Notes: a model not told the origin generated them from the sequence alone. A stretch of DNA of 55,291 bases from Pseudomonadales bacterium (GCA_041590855.1 JBFHTA010000001.1:1-55291); one strand, 5' to 3'; shown: positions 23,144-33,242, numbered from the stretch's first letter. Numbers and translations: made by a program.

Positions 23144-24886
23144 ATGAAAAAACACCTCTTGTTTTGGCCTTGTATCGGGTTACTGGCGCTGACGGTTTTG
23201 TCAGGCTTCATCATGGAACGCGCTTTTCAGGCCTGGTTTTTAGATCACACCGACGAAGAATTGTCTTCTGTAGTGTCTTCGGTAAAAACGGCGCTCAACA
23301 AGACCTACCACGACAACCAGATCATCCGTCTCGACCGCATCACCGATGACACCAATCAACTTAAACCCAATGTACGAATTACTCTTTTGCGTAAAGACGG
23401 TAATGTCGTTGGCGACTCCGAACTCACTCCCTCTCAAATCACCAATCTGGACAATCACCTGGAGCGAGAAGAAATCAAAGAAGCCCTCTCTGAAGGCATC
23501 GGGCACGCAAAGCGTTTCAGTGAAACCATTCAGGACGACCTAATCTACCTGGCAGAATATTTTCATGACGACAACTTTGATGGCGTTATTCGGGTTTCCA
23601 CCTCCACAGAGCATATGACAGAAGCACTGTGGGGCTTAAGAACCATTATGGCCTTTATTGTTCTGGGAATGTGCATTCTGGTGGCCTTACTGATCGTTGC
23701 CTCCCAAAAATTATTGAACCAACACATAGTCTCATCACAAGAGGCGCTGGAAGCCAATGTAGCAGAACGTACTAAAGAAATTGAACTTCTGCACCGCTTG
23801 GCCAATATGCTGGCCGCCTGTAATACCATGACCGAAGCACAACAAGTGGTAGAAGACATTGTCCCGCGCTTAATTGGTAACTTGAACGGTGCCATCGCGC
23901 TGATTCGTTCATCACGGAACCAGTTGGAAGTGAAACTGGACTGGGGCGGAAAATGGCCTGGTGAATCTACTTACGCCCCTCACGAATGCTGGGCATTACG
24001 CAAAGGTAAATACCACCTTGCCAATGACGAGCACACTTCATTGCCATGCAAACACATGAGCACCCTGGGCAATGATCAAACTCTGTGTATTCCGTTGATC
24101 GCACACGGCAACACCATTGGTATTCTCCACTTATATCTGGCTGACCAGGAGTTAACCCAAGAAAAAATGCAAGTAGCCTTTACTATTGGGGAACACCTTG
24201 GCCTGGCTCTCGCTAACCTGAACCTCCAGGACAAACTTCGCGAACAAGCCATACGTGATCCGTTAACCGGCCTGTACAACCGGCGTTATCTGGAAGAAAG
24301 CCTGGATCATGAAATCCTGCGTGCCCACCGGAGAAAACACTGCTTATCCGTGCTCATGCTGGACGTTGATCACTTCAAACGTTTTAACGACACCTTCGGT
24401 CATGATGCGGGCGATTATGTACTGAAAACCTTGGGAACCCTGCTGTCAGAAAGTGTGCGTGGCGAAGATATTGTTTGCCGTGTTGGCGGCGAAGAATTGG
24501 CCATTATTCTCCCCGAAACCGGCGGCGAAAGTGCAGGTATAGTAGCAGCCAAACTCTGTGAAGCCGTTCGTCAAATGCATCTTGAGTTGAATGGTCAATC
24601 CCTTGGCCAATTGACGGTTTCGATTGGCATTGCCTGCTATCCGAACCAGGGTGAGAAAGCAGAAAGTCTTCTCAAAGCTGCCGATCTAGCCCTTTACGAG
24701 GCCAAGGACTCCGGACGAGATCGATTTTGTTATTCCCAGATTCAGAACGAAAACATGATGTCCAACACCAAAACATTGGTGGAGCAAATCATGGAAGGTT
24801 CATTAAAAGAGCAATCCTCTGAAACAGAACAAACGCCTGAAACGAAAGAAACGCCTGATCACGCCCCAAGAGCTAAGAACTTCTGA
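23144..24886 (+). CDS. Membrane-bound diguanylate cyclase (periplasmic sensor, GAF, GGDEF)
   Basis: Two TM segments, GAF with CWALRKG, RDPLTGLYNRR, DVDHFKRFND, RGED I-site and GGEEL active site. Confidence 0.92.
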   Translation: MKKHLLFWPCIGLLALTVLSGFIMERAFQAWFLDHTDEELSSVVSSVKTALNKTYHDNQIIRLDRITDDTNQLKPNVRITLLRKDGNVVGDSELTPSQITNLDNHLEREEIKEALSEGIGHAKRFSETIQDDLIYLAEYFHDDNFDGVIRVSTSTEHMTEALWGLRTIMAFIVLGMCILVALLIVASQKLLNQHIVSSQEALEANVAERTKEIELLHRLANMLAACNTMTEAQQVVEDIVPRLIGNLNGAIALIRSSRNQLEVKLDWGGKWPGESTYAPHECWALRKGKYHLANDEHTSLPCKHMSTLGNDQTLCIPLIAHGNTIGILHLYLADQELTQEKMQVAFTIGEHLGLALANLNLQDKLREQAIRDPLTGLYNRRYLEESLDHEILRAHRRKHCLSVLMLDVDHFKRFNDTFGHDAGDYVLKTLGTLLSESVRGEDIVCRVGGEELAIILPETGGESAGIVAAKLCEAVRQMHLELNGQSLGQLTVSIGIACYPNQGEKAESLLKAADLALYEAKDSGRDRFCYSQIQNENMMSNTKTLVEQIMEGSLKEQSSETEQTPETKETPDHAPRAKNF

Positions 24887-25066
24887 ATCAGACTTTGTCA
24901 TGAACATTTCCGGGTGAACAACAAGGTAGGTTGCCCTCTCTCAAGGCAGCCTACTGGCAAGACAAATTCACATAAAGGCGATATGATTGAAACACCCCCC
25001 TAATTCGCGGGAGGTACTCACAAATCATCTTCTCTAACCCTTTGTTGATCACAGACACACTCGTCC

Positions 25067-27601
25067 ATGTCATTCACCACCGGCCAGGCCTTCTTACTTA
25101 CTCGTCATCAAAAAGACATTCGACATCGACATCACCGATCAGCTGCCCCACTAACTGGCAGAAGAGTATCGCCCCCCCAGAAACCCAAAGCAAACACCGA
25201 GTTGGTGTACTGGGGATGGACTCAGCAAGGCCCTGCACGATTCGTAGTCGAAAATGAAGCGCCGCTGTTTTTTGTGGAACACACCCATGCTTCTGAAGCC
25301 AAAAAGATTCTGGACACCTTGAAGCTAAAGTATCAAGCGCAACCAATCCAACACCAAACCTTCCAAAACCAAACCGTCGCCTTATTTTATTTCTATACCC
25401 TGGACGAAATGTACCGGGGTCAACAAGCCATTCAACACCGTCACATTGAAACCTTTGAGCATGATCTTAGGTTGCAGGATAAATACCTGATCGAACGCAG
25501 TATCCGGGGCGCAGCCGAATTCATTGGTATACCAACCCAAAAACCCGGCTATATAGAATATCGCAATGTCCGGTTTAAACCGGCAAATATGCACCCCGAT
25601 TTCAGTGTTTTATCTCTGGACATCGAATGTTCAATGGAAGGCGACCTCTACTCGGTTGGTTTGTACGGGCATGATGGAAGCATGAACGATGCACCAATAA
25701 TCAATACACCAACAATCGATGCACCAATAATCGATACATCAGTCACCAAGAGAACAATGACCCGCACTGTCATTATGATCGGTGAAGCCCAATCGGCAGT
25801 CGGCAGCACCGACCCCGATATGGTTTGGGTAAAAGACGAGTATCAACTGTTGTTGGCACTAGAACATCACGTACAACGACTCGATCCCGACGTCATTATC
25901 GGTTGGAATGTCATTAACTTTGATTTCAAACTCTTATTAGAGCGTGCCAAAAAGCAACAACTCAGCCTGCGCCTTGGCCGAGGCCTAACACTTGCCCACT
26001 GGCGAGACTCCCGCACTGAAACGAACCAAGGCTTTGTAACGCTGCCCGGCCGGGTTGTCATTGACGGTATTGATGCCCTTAGAACTGCCACCTATCACTT
26101 TGAAAGCTTCAGTCTGGAATACGTCGCCCAAGCAATGCTGAACCGAGGCAAAAAGACCGATCAGGTAGATCAACGAGCGGAACAAATCACACACGACTTT
26201 CATCATGACAAGTTGAAACTGGCTCGCTATAACCTTGAAGACTGTAAACTGGTTTGGGACATTTTCGAGCACACCCAATTACTCGACTTTCTGATTTTAA
26301 GAAGTCAGCTTACAGGGTTAGAACTCGATAAAGTTGGTGGATCGGTGGCAGCGTTCACTAACCTATATTTACCGAAGCTTCATCGAGCTGGCTACATTGC
26401 ACCAAACTTACCACCGGACGGCGGCCTCGCCTCCCCCGGCGGCTACGTGATGAATTCCAAACCCGGCTTTTATAAGAACGTGTTGGTGTTGGATTTTAAG
26501 TCACTTTACCCTTCCATCATTCGTACCTTCAAGATTGACCCTATGGGCTTGGTGGAGGGGTTGAAGCACCCGGAAAGCGCCATTCCCGGCTTTAAGGGGG
26601 CCTTTTTCTCCAGAGACAAACACTTTCTGCCGGACATCATTACCGAACTCTGGCAACAGCGGGATCAGGCCAAGCGCGATAAAGACGCCCCTCGCTCTCA
26701 GGCCATTAAGATCATCATGAATTCCTTCTATGGTGTGCTAGGTTCCGGCGGATGTCGTTTTTACGATACCCGTTTGGCCAGTTCCATCACCATGCGCGGT
26801 CACCAAATCATGCAACAAACCGCCGCCTGGATTGAACAACAAAGTTTCTTTGGTAAACCTTGCCAAGTCATCTACGGCGATACTGATTCCACCTTCGTTT
26901 TGTTAGACGAACAGCTTTCAAGCGAACAATGTCAGCAAGTGGGTCAACAACTGGCTAACTTCATTAATGCTGCCTGGAAAGAAAAACTGATACAAGATCA
27001 CCAACTGGAATGTTTCCTGGAAATCGAGTTTGAAACGCATTTTGAACGCTTTCTGATGCCGACCATTCGTGGTTCAGAAGCAGGCAGTAAAAAACGCTAT
27101 GCAGGCCTTACCCGAGTCGACGGCCAACCGAAAATGGTCTTCAAGGGCTTAGAAGCCGTTCGAACAGATTGGACAGAACTTGCCCGGGAATTCCAAAACA
27201 CCCTGTATCAAACCATCTTCAATGACACAGACCCAACCACCTACATTCAAACCACTGTAGCGTCAACACTGAACGGAGAGCTGGACCACAAACTTGTTTA
27301 TCGAAAACGCTTACGACGGCCACTTCGGGAATACGTTAAAAATATCCCTCCACATGTTCGTGCCGCCAAGATAGCCGACGAGAAGAACAAAGCACTGGGC
27401 AAGCCGTTACAATATCAACACAAGGGTTGGATTAACTATGTGATGACCTTAGTTGGCCCCGAGCCGGTGGATTATTTAACCTCGGAACCGGACTATCAGC
27501 TTTATATTGAAAAACAACTCAAACCCATTGCGGATGCCATACTGCCGTTTATTGGGATGGACTTTGACAGCTTGGTCGATAACCAGATGAGTTTGTTTTA
27601 A
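25067..27601 (+). CDS. polB: DNA polymerase II
   Basis: Exo I SLDIE, IIGWNVINFD, DFKSLYPSII, KIIMNSFYG, YGDTDS, KKRYAG, C-terminal clamp motif QMSLF. Confidence 0.96.
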   Translation: MSFTTGQAFLLTRHQKDIRHRHHRSAAPLTGRRVSPPQKPKANTELVYWGWTQQGPARFVVENEAPLFFVEHTHASEAKKILDTLKLKYQAQPIQHQTFQNQTVALFYFYTLDEMYRGQQAIQHRHIETFEHDLRLQDKYLIERSIRGAAEFIGIPTQKPGYIEYRNVRFKPANMHPDFSVLSLDIECSMEGDLYSVGLYGHDGSMNDAPIINTPTIDAPIIDTSVTKRTMTRTVIMIGEAQSAVGSTDPDMVWVKDEYQLLLALEHHVQRLDPDVIIGWNVINFDFKLLLERAKKQQLSLRLGRGLTLAHWRDSRTETNQGFVTLPGRVVIDGIDALRTATYHFESFSLEYVAQAMLNRGKKTDQVDQRAEQITHDFHHDKLKLARYNLEDCKLVWDIFEHTQLLDFLILRSQLTGLELDKVGGSVAAFTNLYLPKLHRAGYIAPNLPPDGGLASPGGYVMNSKPGFYKNVLVLDFKSLYPSIIRTFKIDPMGLVEGLKHPESAIPGFKGAFFSRDKHFLPDIITELWQQRDQAKRDKDAPRSQAIKIIMNSFYGVLGSGGCRFYDTRLASSITMRGHQIMQQTAAWIEQQSFFGKPCQVIYGDTDSTFVLLDEQLSSEQCQQVGQQLANFINAAWKEKLIQDHQLECFLEIEFETHFERFLMPTIRGSEAGSKKRYAGLTRVDGQPKMVFKGLEAVRTDWTELAREFQNTLYQTIFNDTDPTTYIQTTVASTLNGELDHKLVYRKRLRRPLREYVKNIPPHVRAAKIADEKNKALGKPLQYQHKGWINYVMTLVGPEPVDYLTSEPDYQLYIEKQLKPIADAILPFIGMDFDSLVDNQMSLF
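25688..25741 (+). repeat. 15-nt in-frame tandem repeat inside polB
   Basis: GATGCACCAATAATC / AATACACCAACAATC / GATGCACCAATAATC / GATACATCA encoding DAPII-NTPTI-DAPII-DTS. Confidence 0.85.
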
Positions 27602-27622
27602 CCCTCTGACCTCTCTTTTCCG

Positions 27623-27641
27623 GATGACAAAAATGTCATTT
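27623..27641 (+). promoter_or_regulatory. CusR/CopR box
   Basis: GATGACAAAAATGTCATTT containing the palindrome ATGACA-N4-TGTCAT; identical to the copy upstream of the copA oxidase on the minus strand. Confidence 0.85.
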
Positions 27642-27715
27642 TTATGACCGGCCTTTATCACCCTCCGGATAGTAAAGTACATCTGAACTTACACAGAACT
27701 ATCCAGAGGTGATTT

Positions 27716-28096
27716 ATGACCCCACTAAAAACGACAGTGACCGCCATTGCACTTTCAATCATGAGTTTAGCGGCCACCGCTGAGCCCCTAACACATTCCG
27801 CCAACGAAGCGGTACGAAATAAAAGCAAAGTCATTGAGGTACTTGTATCTGACTCAAAGCAAGAGGCATATCAGGCAGCCTTACAAAAACTAAACACACT
27901 TGTTAAAAGCGAGCCGCGCAGTTTGTCGAATGACTTACACCTGGCAGGAAGCAACGATATAGATTTGGCGACTTTACATCTAAAAGCAGGCAACTATGTT
28001 ACTGTCAGTGAACGAATGAAATTGGATGGCAATATTCAATACATAGGGTTAGTCCACGTAAACTTTCACTATCTGGAAGATAAAAGCCGAGACTAA
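27716..28096 (+). CDS. Small secreted protein, DUF3316-like
   Basis: GAGGTG RBS, signal peptide ending ATA, SKQEAYQAA and YVTVSER...DG.IQY.GLV.V.FHY pattern. Confidence 0.7.
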   Translation: MTPLKTTVTAIALSIMSLAATAEPLTHSANEAVRNKSKVIEVLVSDSKQEAYQAALQKLNTLVKSEPRSLSNDLHLAGSNDIDLATLHLKAGNYVTVSERMKLDGNIQYIGLVHVNFHYLEDKSRD

Positions 28097-28254
28097 CCAC
28101 ACTCAGTTCGATCCCCCGGGCAGCAACATCTGCTGCCCACGCCTCTCTCTTGCACCAATAGCTACTCACCTTCGCAAAGAAAACGAGCGCCACTAAAAAG
28201 ACGACCACTTTCCAGCTACTATGGTAGATAGCTTAAAAGAACTTACGTTTATAA

Positions 28255-28944
28255 ATGAAAATTTTAATTATTGAAGATGAAATCAAAGCCGGAAAGTACC
28301 TTCAGAAAGGGCTTACTGAATCCGGTTACGCAGTCGATTTAAGCCATGACGGTGTCGACGGTCTTTATCATGCAACGAGTGCAAGTTACGACCTGATTAT
28401 TCTCGATATTATGCTACCGAAGCTCGATGGTTGGCAGGTGCTGAATACTCTCAGAAGCAGTAACATTAATACCCCGGTCATCATGCTCACCGCTAAGGAA
28501 CAGGTCGATGACAGAGTGAAAGGGTTTGAACTAGGCGCTAATGATTACGTTACCAAACCTTATGCATTTGCCGAATTACTCGCCCGCGTTAAAAACATCT
28601 TTAAACACCACAGCGCACAACCTCAAATAACTCACCCGGCAAGCAGCCTTAAAATTGCAGATCTGGAACTGGATGTTTTAAAAAGAACAGCTAAGCGCGA
28701 CGGAATATCCATTCAATTAACAGCCAAAGAGTATCTGCTGCTAGAGCTTTTTATGCGGAAGCAAGGTCAGGTTCTCTCTCGAACCACTATCGCCTCTCTC
28801 ATCTGGGATATGAACTTTGACAGCGATACGAATGTCATTGATGTCGCTGTCAAACGTTTACGCTCAAAGATCGACAAACCTTTTGACACGCCATTAATAC
28901 ATACCGTCAGAGGTATGGGCTACAAATTGGACGATTTACCCTAG
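28255..28944 (+). CDS. cusR: Heavy-metal response regulator CusR/CopR
   Basis: OmpR type; LDIMLP, IWDMNFDSDTNVIDVAVKRLR and LIHTVRGMGY signature. Confidence 0.93.
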   Translation: MKILIIEDEIKAGKYLQKGLTESGYAVDLSHDGVDGLYHATSASYDLIILDIMLPKLDGWQVLNTLRSSNINTPVIMLTAKEQVDDRVKGFELGANDYVTKPYAFAELLARVKNIFKHHSAQPQITHPASSLKIADLELDVLKRTAKRDGISIQLTAKEYLLLELFMRKQGQVLSRTTIASLIWDMNFDSDTNVIDVAVKRLRSKIDKPFDTPLIHTVRGMGYKLDDLP

Positions 28945-30341
28945 TGATCAGAAAACACACGTCTTCAATGAAAGTCAATCTGATTTTGATGTTTGTTGGC
29001 ACAACCATTCTTATCTATTTTTCGCTCACTCTGGTTTTACAGCACCTCATCGAACGCCACTTCTTTGAGCAAGACTATCAACACATCGCGGAGAAATTCG
29101 ACTCGGTAGAACTCACAAAATTAGAAACTCCTGAAGAGATTCTTCCCCTGCTGAATCACAACTCGGCGCACCTATGGTTACTGCGTGATAATAAGGTTAT
29201 TAAGCAAAGTACCCGGGTGACTCTACCCGATGAACAACGGCAAAAAATCCCGAGTATTCGCGATACACAAGAACAGGCCCTTGAGTGGCAGACCGAATCA
29301 CTGTTTCTGCGATCATTTGTTTTCCCGATTGATGAGAACTACTCCCTGGTAATTGGAATCAATATTCAACACCACCTGACATTTTTAGCCAACCTGAAAC
29401 GACTGCTACTCTGGTCTACCTTACTGGCGATTCTGATATCGTCTGTTTATGGTTTTTTTATTGTGAGAAGTGGGCTGAAACCCATTAAAGCCCTCGGTGA
29501 CCACATTCGCGAAATCACACCCAACAGTCTGGACAAACGCATTCCTTCAGAAAACCTGCCTGTCGAGTTACAGGAGCTGTCAGATATACAAAATAAAATG
29601 CTGGATCGAATTGAGCGCGGTTTTCATCGTTTAAGTGAATTCTCATCCGACATAGCACACGAGCTCCGTACGCCCCTATCAAATATGAATACACAGATTC
29701 AGGTAATATTATCAACGCCAAGACGCAAGGAAGAATATCAGGACACCCTTGAATCCAACCTTGAGGAACTGAATCGTATTATTAAAACCATGAACGATGT
29801 TTTATACATCGCACGCGCCGAAAACGCATTAATTCGTCGCAATAATCAAACCATCCGGTTAGCAGAAGAGCTTCAGAGAATCATTGAGTTTTTCAGTATC
29901 ATCGCAGAAGAAAAACACATTGTGATCTCACAAACAGGCGACGCCACCCTTCATATCGATAAAAACATGTTTGAAAGAGCCATAAATAACTTACTGTCTA
30001 ATGGCATTCGTCACGCTGATCCGGGCTCAACAATTACCATTCAGGTGGCCCAACTACCTGATCATATTAGTATCGACATAACCAATCACGGAGATCCCAT
30101 TCCGGCGGATTCCCTACCTTACCTGTTTGATCGATTTTATCGTGTTGATAAATCACGGCAGTACCACAACAGCGTGGGAGCCGGACTTGGGCTCTCCATC
30201 ACACAGTCGATCGTACATGCTTACCAAGGCAGTATTTCAGTAACCTCCGACGACAAACTAACCACATTTTCATTAATCTTTCCTCATCCGGGCTCCGCAT
30301 TCTTAACGACTGCCAACAAGGATAAAGATGACCTCACATAA
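28944..30341 (+). CDS. cusS: Heavy-metal sensor histidine kinase CusS/CopS
   Basis: Two TM helices, periplasmic His (HF, HH), HAMP, FSSDIAHELRTP, NLLSN, FDRFYR, GAGLGL; start overlaps cusR stop. Confidence 0.92.
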   Translation: MIRKHTSSMKVNLILMFVGTTILIYFSLTLVLQHLIERHFFEQDYQHIAEKFDSVELTKLETPEEILPLLNHNSAHLWLLRDNKVIKQSTRVTLPDEQRQKIPSIRDTQEQALEWQTESLFLRSFVFPIDENYSLVIGINIQHHLTFLANLKRLLLWSTLLAILISSVYGFFIVRSGLKPIKALGDHIREITPNSLDKRIPSENLPVELQELSDIQNKMLDRIERGFHRLSEFSSDIAHELRTPLSNMNTQIQVILSTPRRKEEYQDTLESNLEELNRIIKTMNDVLYIARAENALIRRNNQTIRLAEELQRIIEFFSIIAEEKHIVISQTGDATLHIDKNMFERAINNLLSNGIRHADPGSTITIQVAQLPDHISIDITNHGDPIPADSLPYLFDRFYRVDKSRQYHNSVGAGLGLSITQSIVHAYQGSISVTSDDKLTTFSLIFPHPGSAFLTTANKDKDDLT

Positions 30342-30368
30342 GCCTTGCTATCCCCAAAACTCCTCTAC

Positions 30369-31250
30369 TTAAAACCAGAATCTAATGCCAGCTACGAGAA
30401 GTGTATCGCCTGTAGATTCGCCTTCACCCTTTGCCTGATCCCGAGCATTAAACAAACTTTCCTGACGCTCCAGACCAAGATAAGGCGCGAACTGTCTGGA
30501 GAATTCATACCTAAGTCGTGCGCCTACAGCCAGAGACGAAAAGCCACTGGTGACGCCTCTTTCTGTATCATTCTTACCAAATGCTGACACCTCTAGCCGA
30601 CTCTGAAGTATTAAGCGCTGGGTAAACAACAATTCATATTCAGCCTCTACGTCCAGAGCCGATTGCCCTTCACTGCTTAGTGACGCCATGGCACTTACTT
30701 CAAACCAATATGGTGCCAACCCCTGCACTCCGGCCGTCATCCAGGTCTGGTCTTTGTTGACCCCGGAATCATAACGGACGCCCAGCTGAGAATCCCAAAA
30801 AGCATCTAACGCATGACGCCATAACAGTTCACTGGTTTGTTCATGCAAGGTTCCCTCTTCCACTTCCCCTTCACTGGTTATCACAAACTTGTCGTAATCC
30901 CACCCCCAAACCAACTGACCATCGAACGCAGAAAAATCGGCTTCATCTTCTACCCAACTGTATTCAAGACGTTCAAACATCACGGCCCACCGGCTGTGAT
31001 CATCAGACAGCACGAGCGATCTAGGTTGTTTGAGTGCGAGCCCCCCGGAATAAGCATGTGGATCTCTGGCATCCGCTGGTGCACTGCCTCCTTGCGGAGA
31101 CATACTTCCATGTCCCATTGTGTGGTGTTGAGAAGGCGGAGAAGAAGCTTGGTTCTCAGAGTCTTGCCCGGCATAGAGATTCACCGGCGTAAAAATCAGG
31201 GTTACTGCTATCGCGGCTACCGACAGAGCGGCATGTTCAAAACGGCTCAT
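30369..31250 (-). CDS. copB: Copper resistance outer-membrane protein CopB (start moved to ATG 31250)
   Basis: ATGA overlap with copA stop, GAGGTG RBS, signal peptide, ARDPHAYS, GVQGLAPYWFE, RYEFSRQFAPY, terminal GIRFWF. Confidence 0.93.
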   Translation of the reverse strand: MSRFEHAALSVAAIAVTLIFTPVNLYAGQDSENQASSPPSQHHTMGHGSMSPQGGSAPADARDPHAYSGGLALKQPRSLVLSDDHSRWAVMFERLEYSWVEDEADFSAFDGQLVWGWDYDKFVITSEGEVEEGTLHEQTSELLWRHALDAFWDSQLGVRYDSGVNKDQTWMTAGVQGLAPYWFEVSAMASLSSEGQSALDVEAEYELLFTQRLILQSRLEVSAFGKNDTERGVTSGFSSLAVGARLRYEFSRQFAPYLGLERQESLFNARDQAKGEGESTGDTLLVAGIRFWF

Positions 31251-33070
31251 GACACTATCACCTCTCTGAACATTCCTGCATCCATATGAAACATCAAATG
31301 ACAATGCCAGGCCCAATGACCAAGAGCATCCGCAGTGACCAGAAAACTTATGCGCTGTGCCGGTTGAACCGGTATGGTGTGACGCCTGACCTGAAAACTG
31401 CCATCCGGATTCTCCAACTCACTCCACATGCCATGTAAATGCATGGGATGAGTCATCATGGTGTCGTTATGCAGTATTATCCGAACCCGCTCCCCATGTT
31501 TTAAATGTATAGGTGTAGACTGACCAAACTCCAAACCGTCAAATGACCAGGTATACCGCTCCATATTGCCTGTGAGGTGCAATTCTATTTCTCGACCTGG
31601 TGGCCTTGTATCCGAAGGATGATCCAGTGATTTCAAGTCCGCTAACGTTAAAACCCGACGTCCATTGTTTCTTAACCCCACCCCCGGATCGTCCAGGTTA
31701 GTTCGTGGTGTATCGACCCTCATATCAACACTTGGCCCATACTCTGTTCTGGCATGCCTGACCTTGGTACTAGCCTTGTTAGCAGGCGTAAGTCGCTGAT
31801 GATTCATCTTACTGTGATCCATTAATGAATGATCCATGTTTCCGTGATTCATCATTGAGTGATCCATGCCGGAATGATCCATATTGCCGTGATTCATCAT
31901 GGAGTGATCCATGCCTTGACTCATTCCACCGTGCGACATCGTTCCCATCATGTCTTCCATGCTCAACGCCTGAGGAACATCCAGGCTTGGAATACTGGCG
32001 GTTAAACCATGCCTGGTCGCCAACGTTCCCGATGCAAAACCGGTACGATCCATTGCTTGTGCATAGACCGTATAAGCATCAGCTACCGGATTTACGATAC
32101 AATCGTAGGTTTCTCCCGGGCCAAACCTAAACTCATCAATATCAACGGGTTCAAGATTGAGCCCATCACATTGCACAACTTGCAGCGTCAATCCCGGAAT
32201 TCTTACATCGTAAAAAGTGTTACTGGCGGCGTTAATAAAACGTAACCGAACTCGCTCTCCCGGCCGGAACAAGCCAGTCCAGTTCCCATTCGGGGTTCGT
32301 CCATTCATCAGATACGTCAGTGTTTCGGAGGAAAGATCTGCGAGATCAAAAGCACTCATTCGCATTTGATGCCACATTTTGTTTTTCTGGAAGGTAGCCG
32401 CCACCCCTACATCTGACACCGAGCCAATGGCGTCACGGACAGTAGGCTGATGAAAGTTATAATAGTCCCCTTGTACTTTCAGCTTGTTGAAGACCGCCAT
32501 TGGGTTTTCATCCGTCCAATCGGACAGAATCACAGTATGTTCACGGTCATACTTCACCACGTCGGAATCCGCAGGCTCGATAATGATCGCACCATACATG
32601 CCCGTAATTTCCTGCATTCCGGAGTGAGAGTGATACCAATAAGTACCATTCTGCTGAACCTTAAAGGTATAGGTGAACGTTGTACCCGGTTCTATCCCCG
32701 GAAAGCTGATACCGGGCACACCATCCATTTGATACGGCAAAATGAATCCATGCCAATGAATGGAGGTCGACTCCTTGAGATGATTTGTCACACGAATTGT
32801 GACTGTATCACCCTCCTTCATTCTCAGCGTAGGAGCCGGTAATGAACCATTAATCGTCGTCGCTGTTCGCGTCACGCCGGTTAAATTCACAACAGACTCG
32901 GCAATCACCAAATCAAATTCAGGGCCAGAAAGTTCCGGCACCGTAGAAAGCGGCTGTGAGGTCTGCCTGGCCCAGGCTTGATTCACAAAAGGCGAGCTTC
33001 CAATAAGCACACCACCGGCCACCAACCCTTTTACAAACTGCCGTTTGGAACGTACGAAAGGGATTTTCAT
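31247..33070 (-). CDS. copA: Copper resistance multicopper oxidase CopA/PcoA (start moved to ATG 33070)
   Basis: GGAG RBS, Tat-like signal, HWHG, WYHSH, HPMHLHG and HCHLMFHMDAGM copper sites, Met/His-rich insert. Confidence 0.96.
   Translation of the reverse strand: MKIPFVRSKRQFVKGLVAGGVLIGSSPFVNQAWARQTSQPLSTVPELSGPEFDLVIAESVVNLTGVTRTATTINGSLPAPTLRMKEGDTVTIRVTNHLKESTSIHWHGFILPYQMDGVPGISFPGIEPGTTFTYTFKVQQNGTYWYHSHSGMQEITGMYGAIIIEPADSDVVKYDREHTVILSDWTDENPMAVFNKLKVQGDYYNFHQPTVRDAIGSVSDVGVAATFQKNKMWHQMRMSAFDLADLSSETLTYLMNGRTPNGNWTGLFRPGERVRLRFINAASNTFYDVRIPGLTLQVVQCDGLNLEPVDIDEFRFGPGETYDCIVNPVADAYTVYAQAMDRTGFASGTLATRHGLTASIPSLDVPQALSMEDMMGTMSHGGMSQGMDHSMMNHGNMDHSGMDHSMMNHGNMDHSLMDHSKMNHQRLTPANKASTKVRHARTEYGPSVDMRVDTPRTNLDDPGVGLRNNGRRVLTLADLKSLDHPSDTRPPGREIELHLTGNMERYTWSFDGLEFGQSTPIHLKHGERVRIILHNDTMMTHPMHLHGMWSELENPDGSFQVRRHTIPVQPAQRISFLVTADALGHWAWHCHLMFHMDAGMFREVIVS
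31799..31912 (-). repeat. 45-nt coding tandem repeat (Met/His-rich insert of CopA)
   Basis: MDHSMMNHGNMDHSG / MDHSMMNHGNMDHSL / MDHSKMNH; unit starts at 31912, 31867 and 31822. Confidence 0.85.
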
Positions 33071-33141
33071 AACACTACTCCGCCACATGTCTTCAGTTTC
33101 CAAAACTGTACAGAACATGAACTTTCAGTGATCTGACACGT

Positions 33142-33160
33142 AAATGACATTTTTGTCATC
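33142..33160 (-). promoter_or_regulatory. CusR/CopR box upstream of copAB
   Basis: Minus strand reads GATGACAAAAATGTCATTT, ~70 bp upstream of the copA start. Confidence 0.88.
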
Positions 33161-33242
33161 TTTAACCGTACAGATTTTGGGAGCGTTATACTGAATATAG
33201 CTGCGTAGAAAGGAGTTTTGACAAAATCCGACTAACAACTTG

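Noticed and set aside
24887-25066. Expected LexA box upstream of polB
   Set aside because: No CTGT-N8-ACAG match seen; only a hairpin (GTAGGTTGCC..GGCAGCCTAC), more likely the end of the upstream transcript
28100-28140. GTTCGATCCCC resembling a tRNA T-loop or att remnant
   Set aside because: Flanks do not form a T-stem and there is no acceptor stem or CCA; the adjacent GGGCAGCA..TGCTGCCC is a simple hairpin
31799-31912. Met/His repeat in CopA as a novelty
   Set aside because: Such variable-length inserts are typical of CopA/PcoA oxidases
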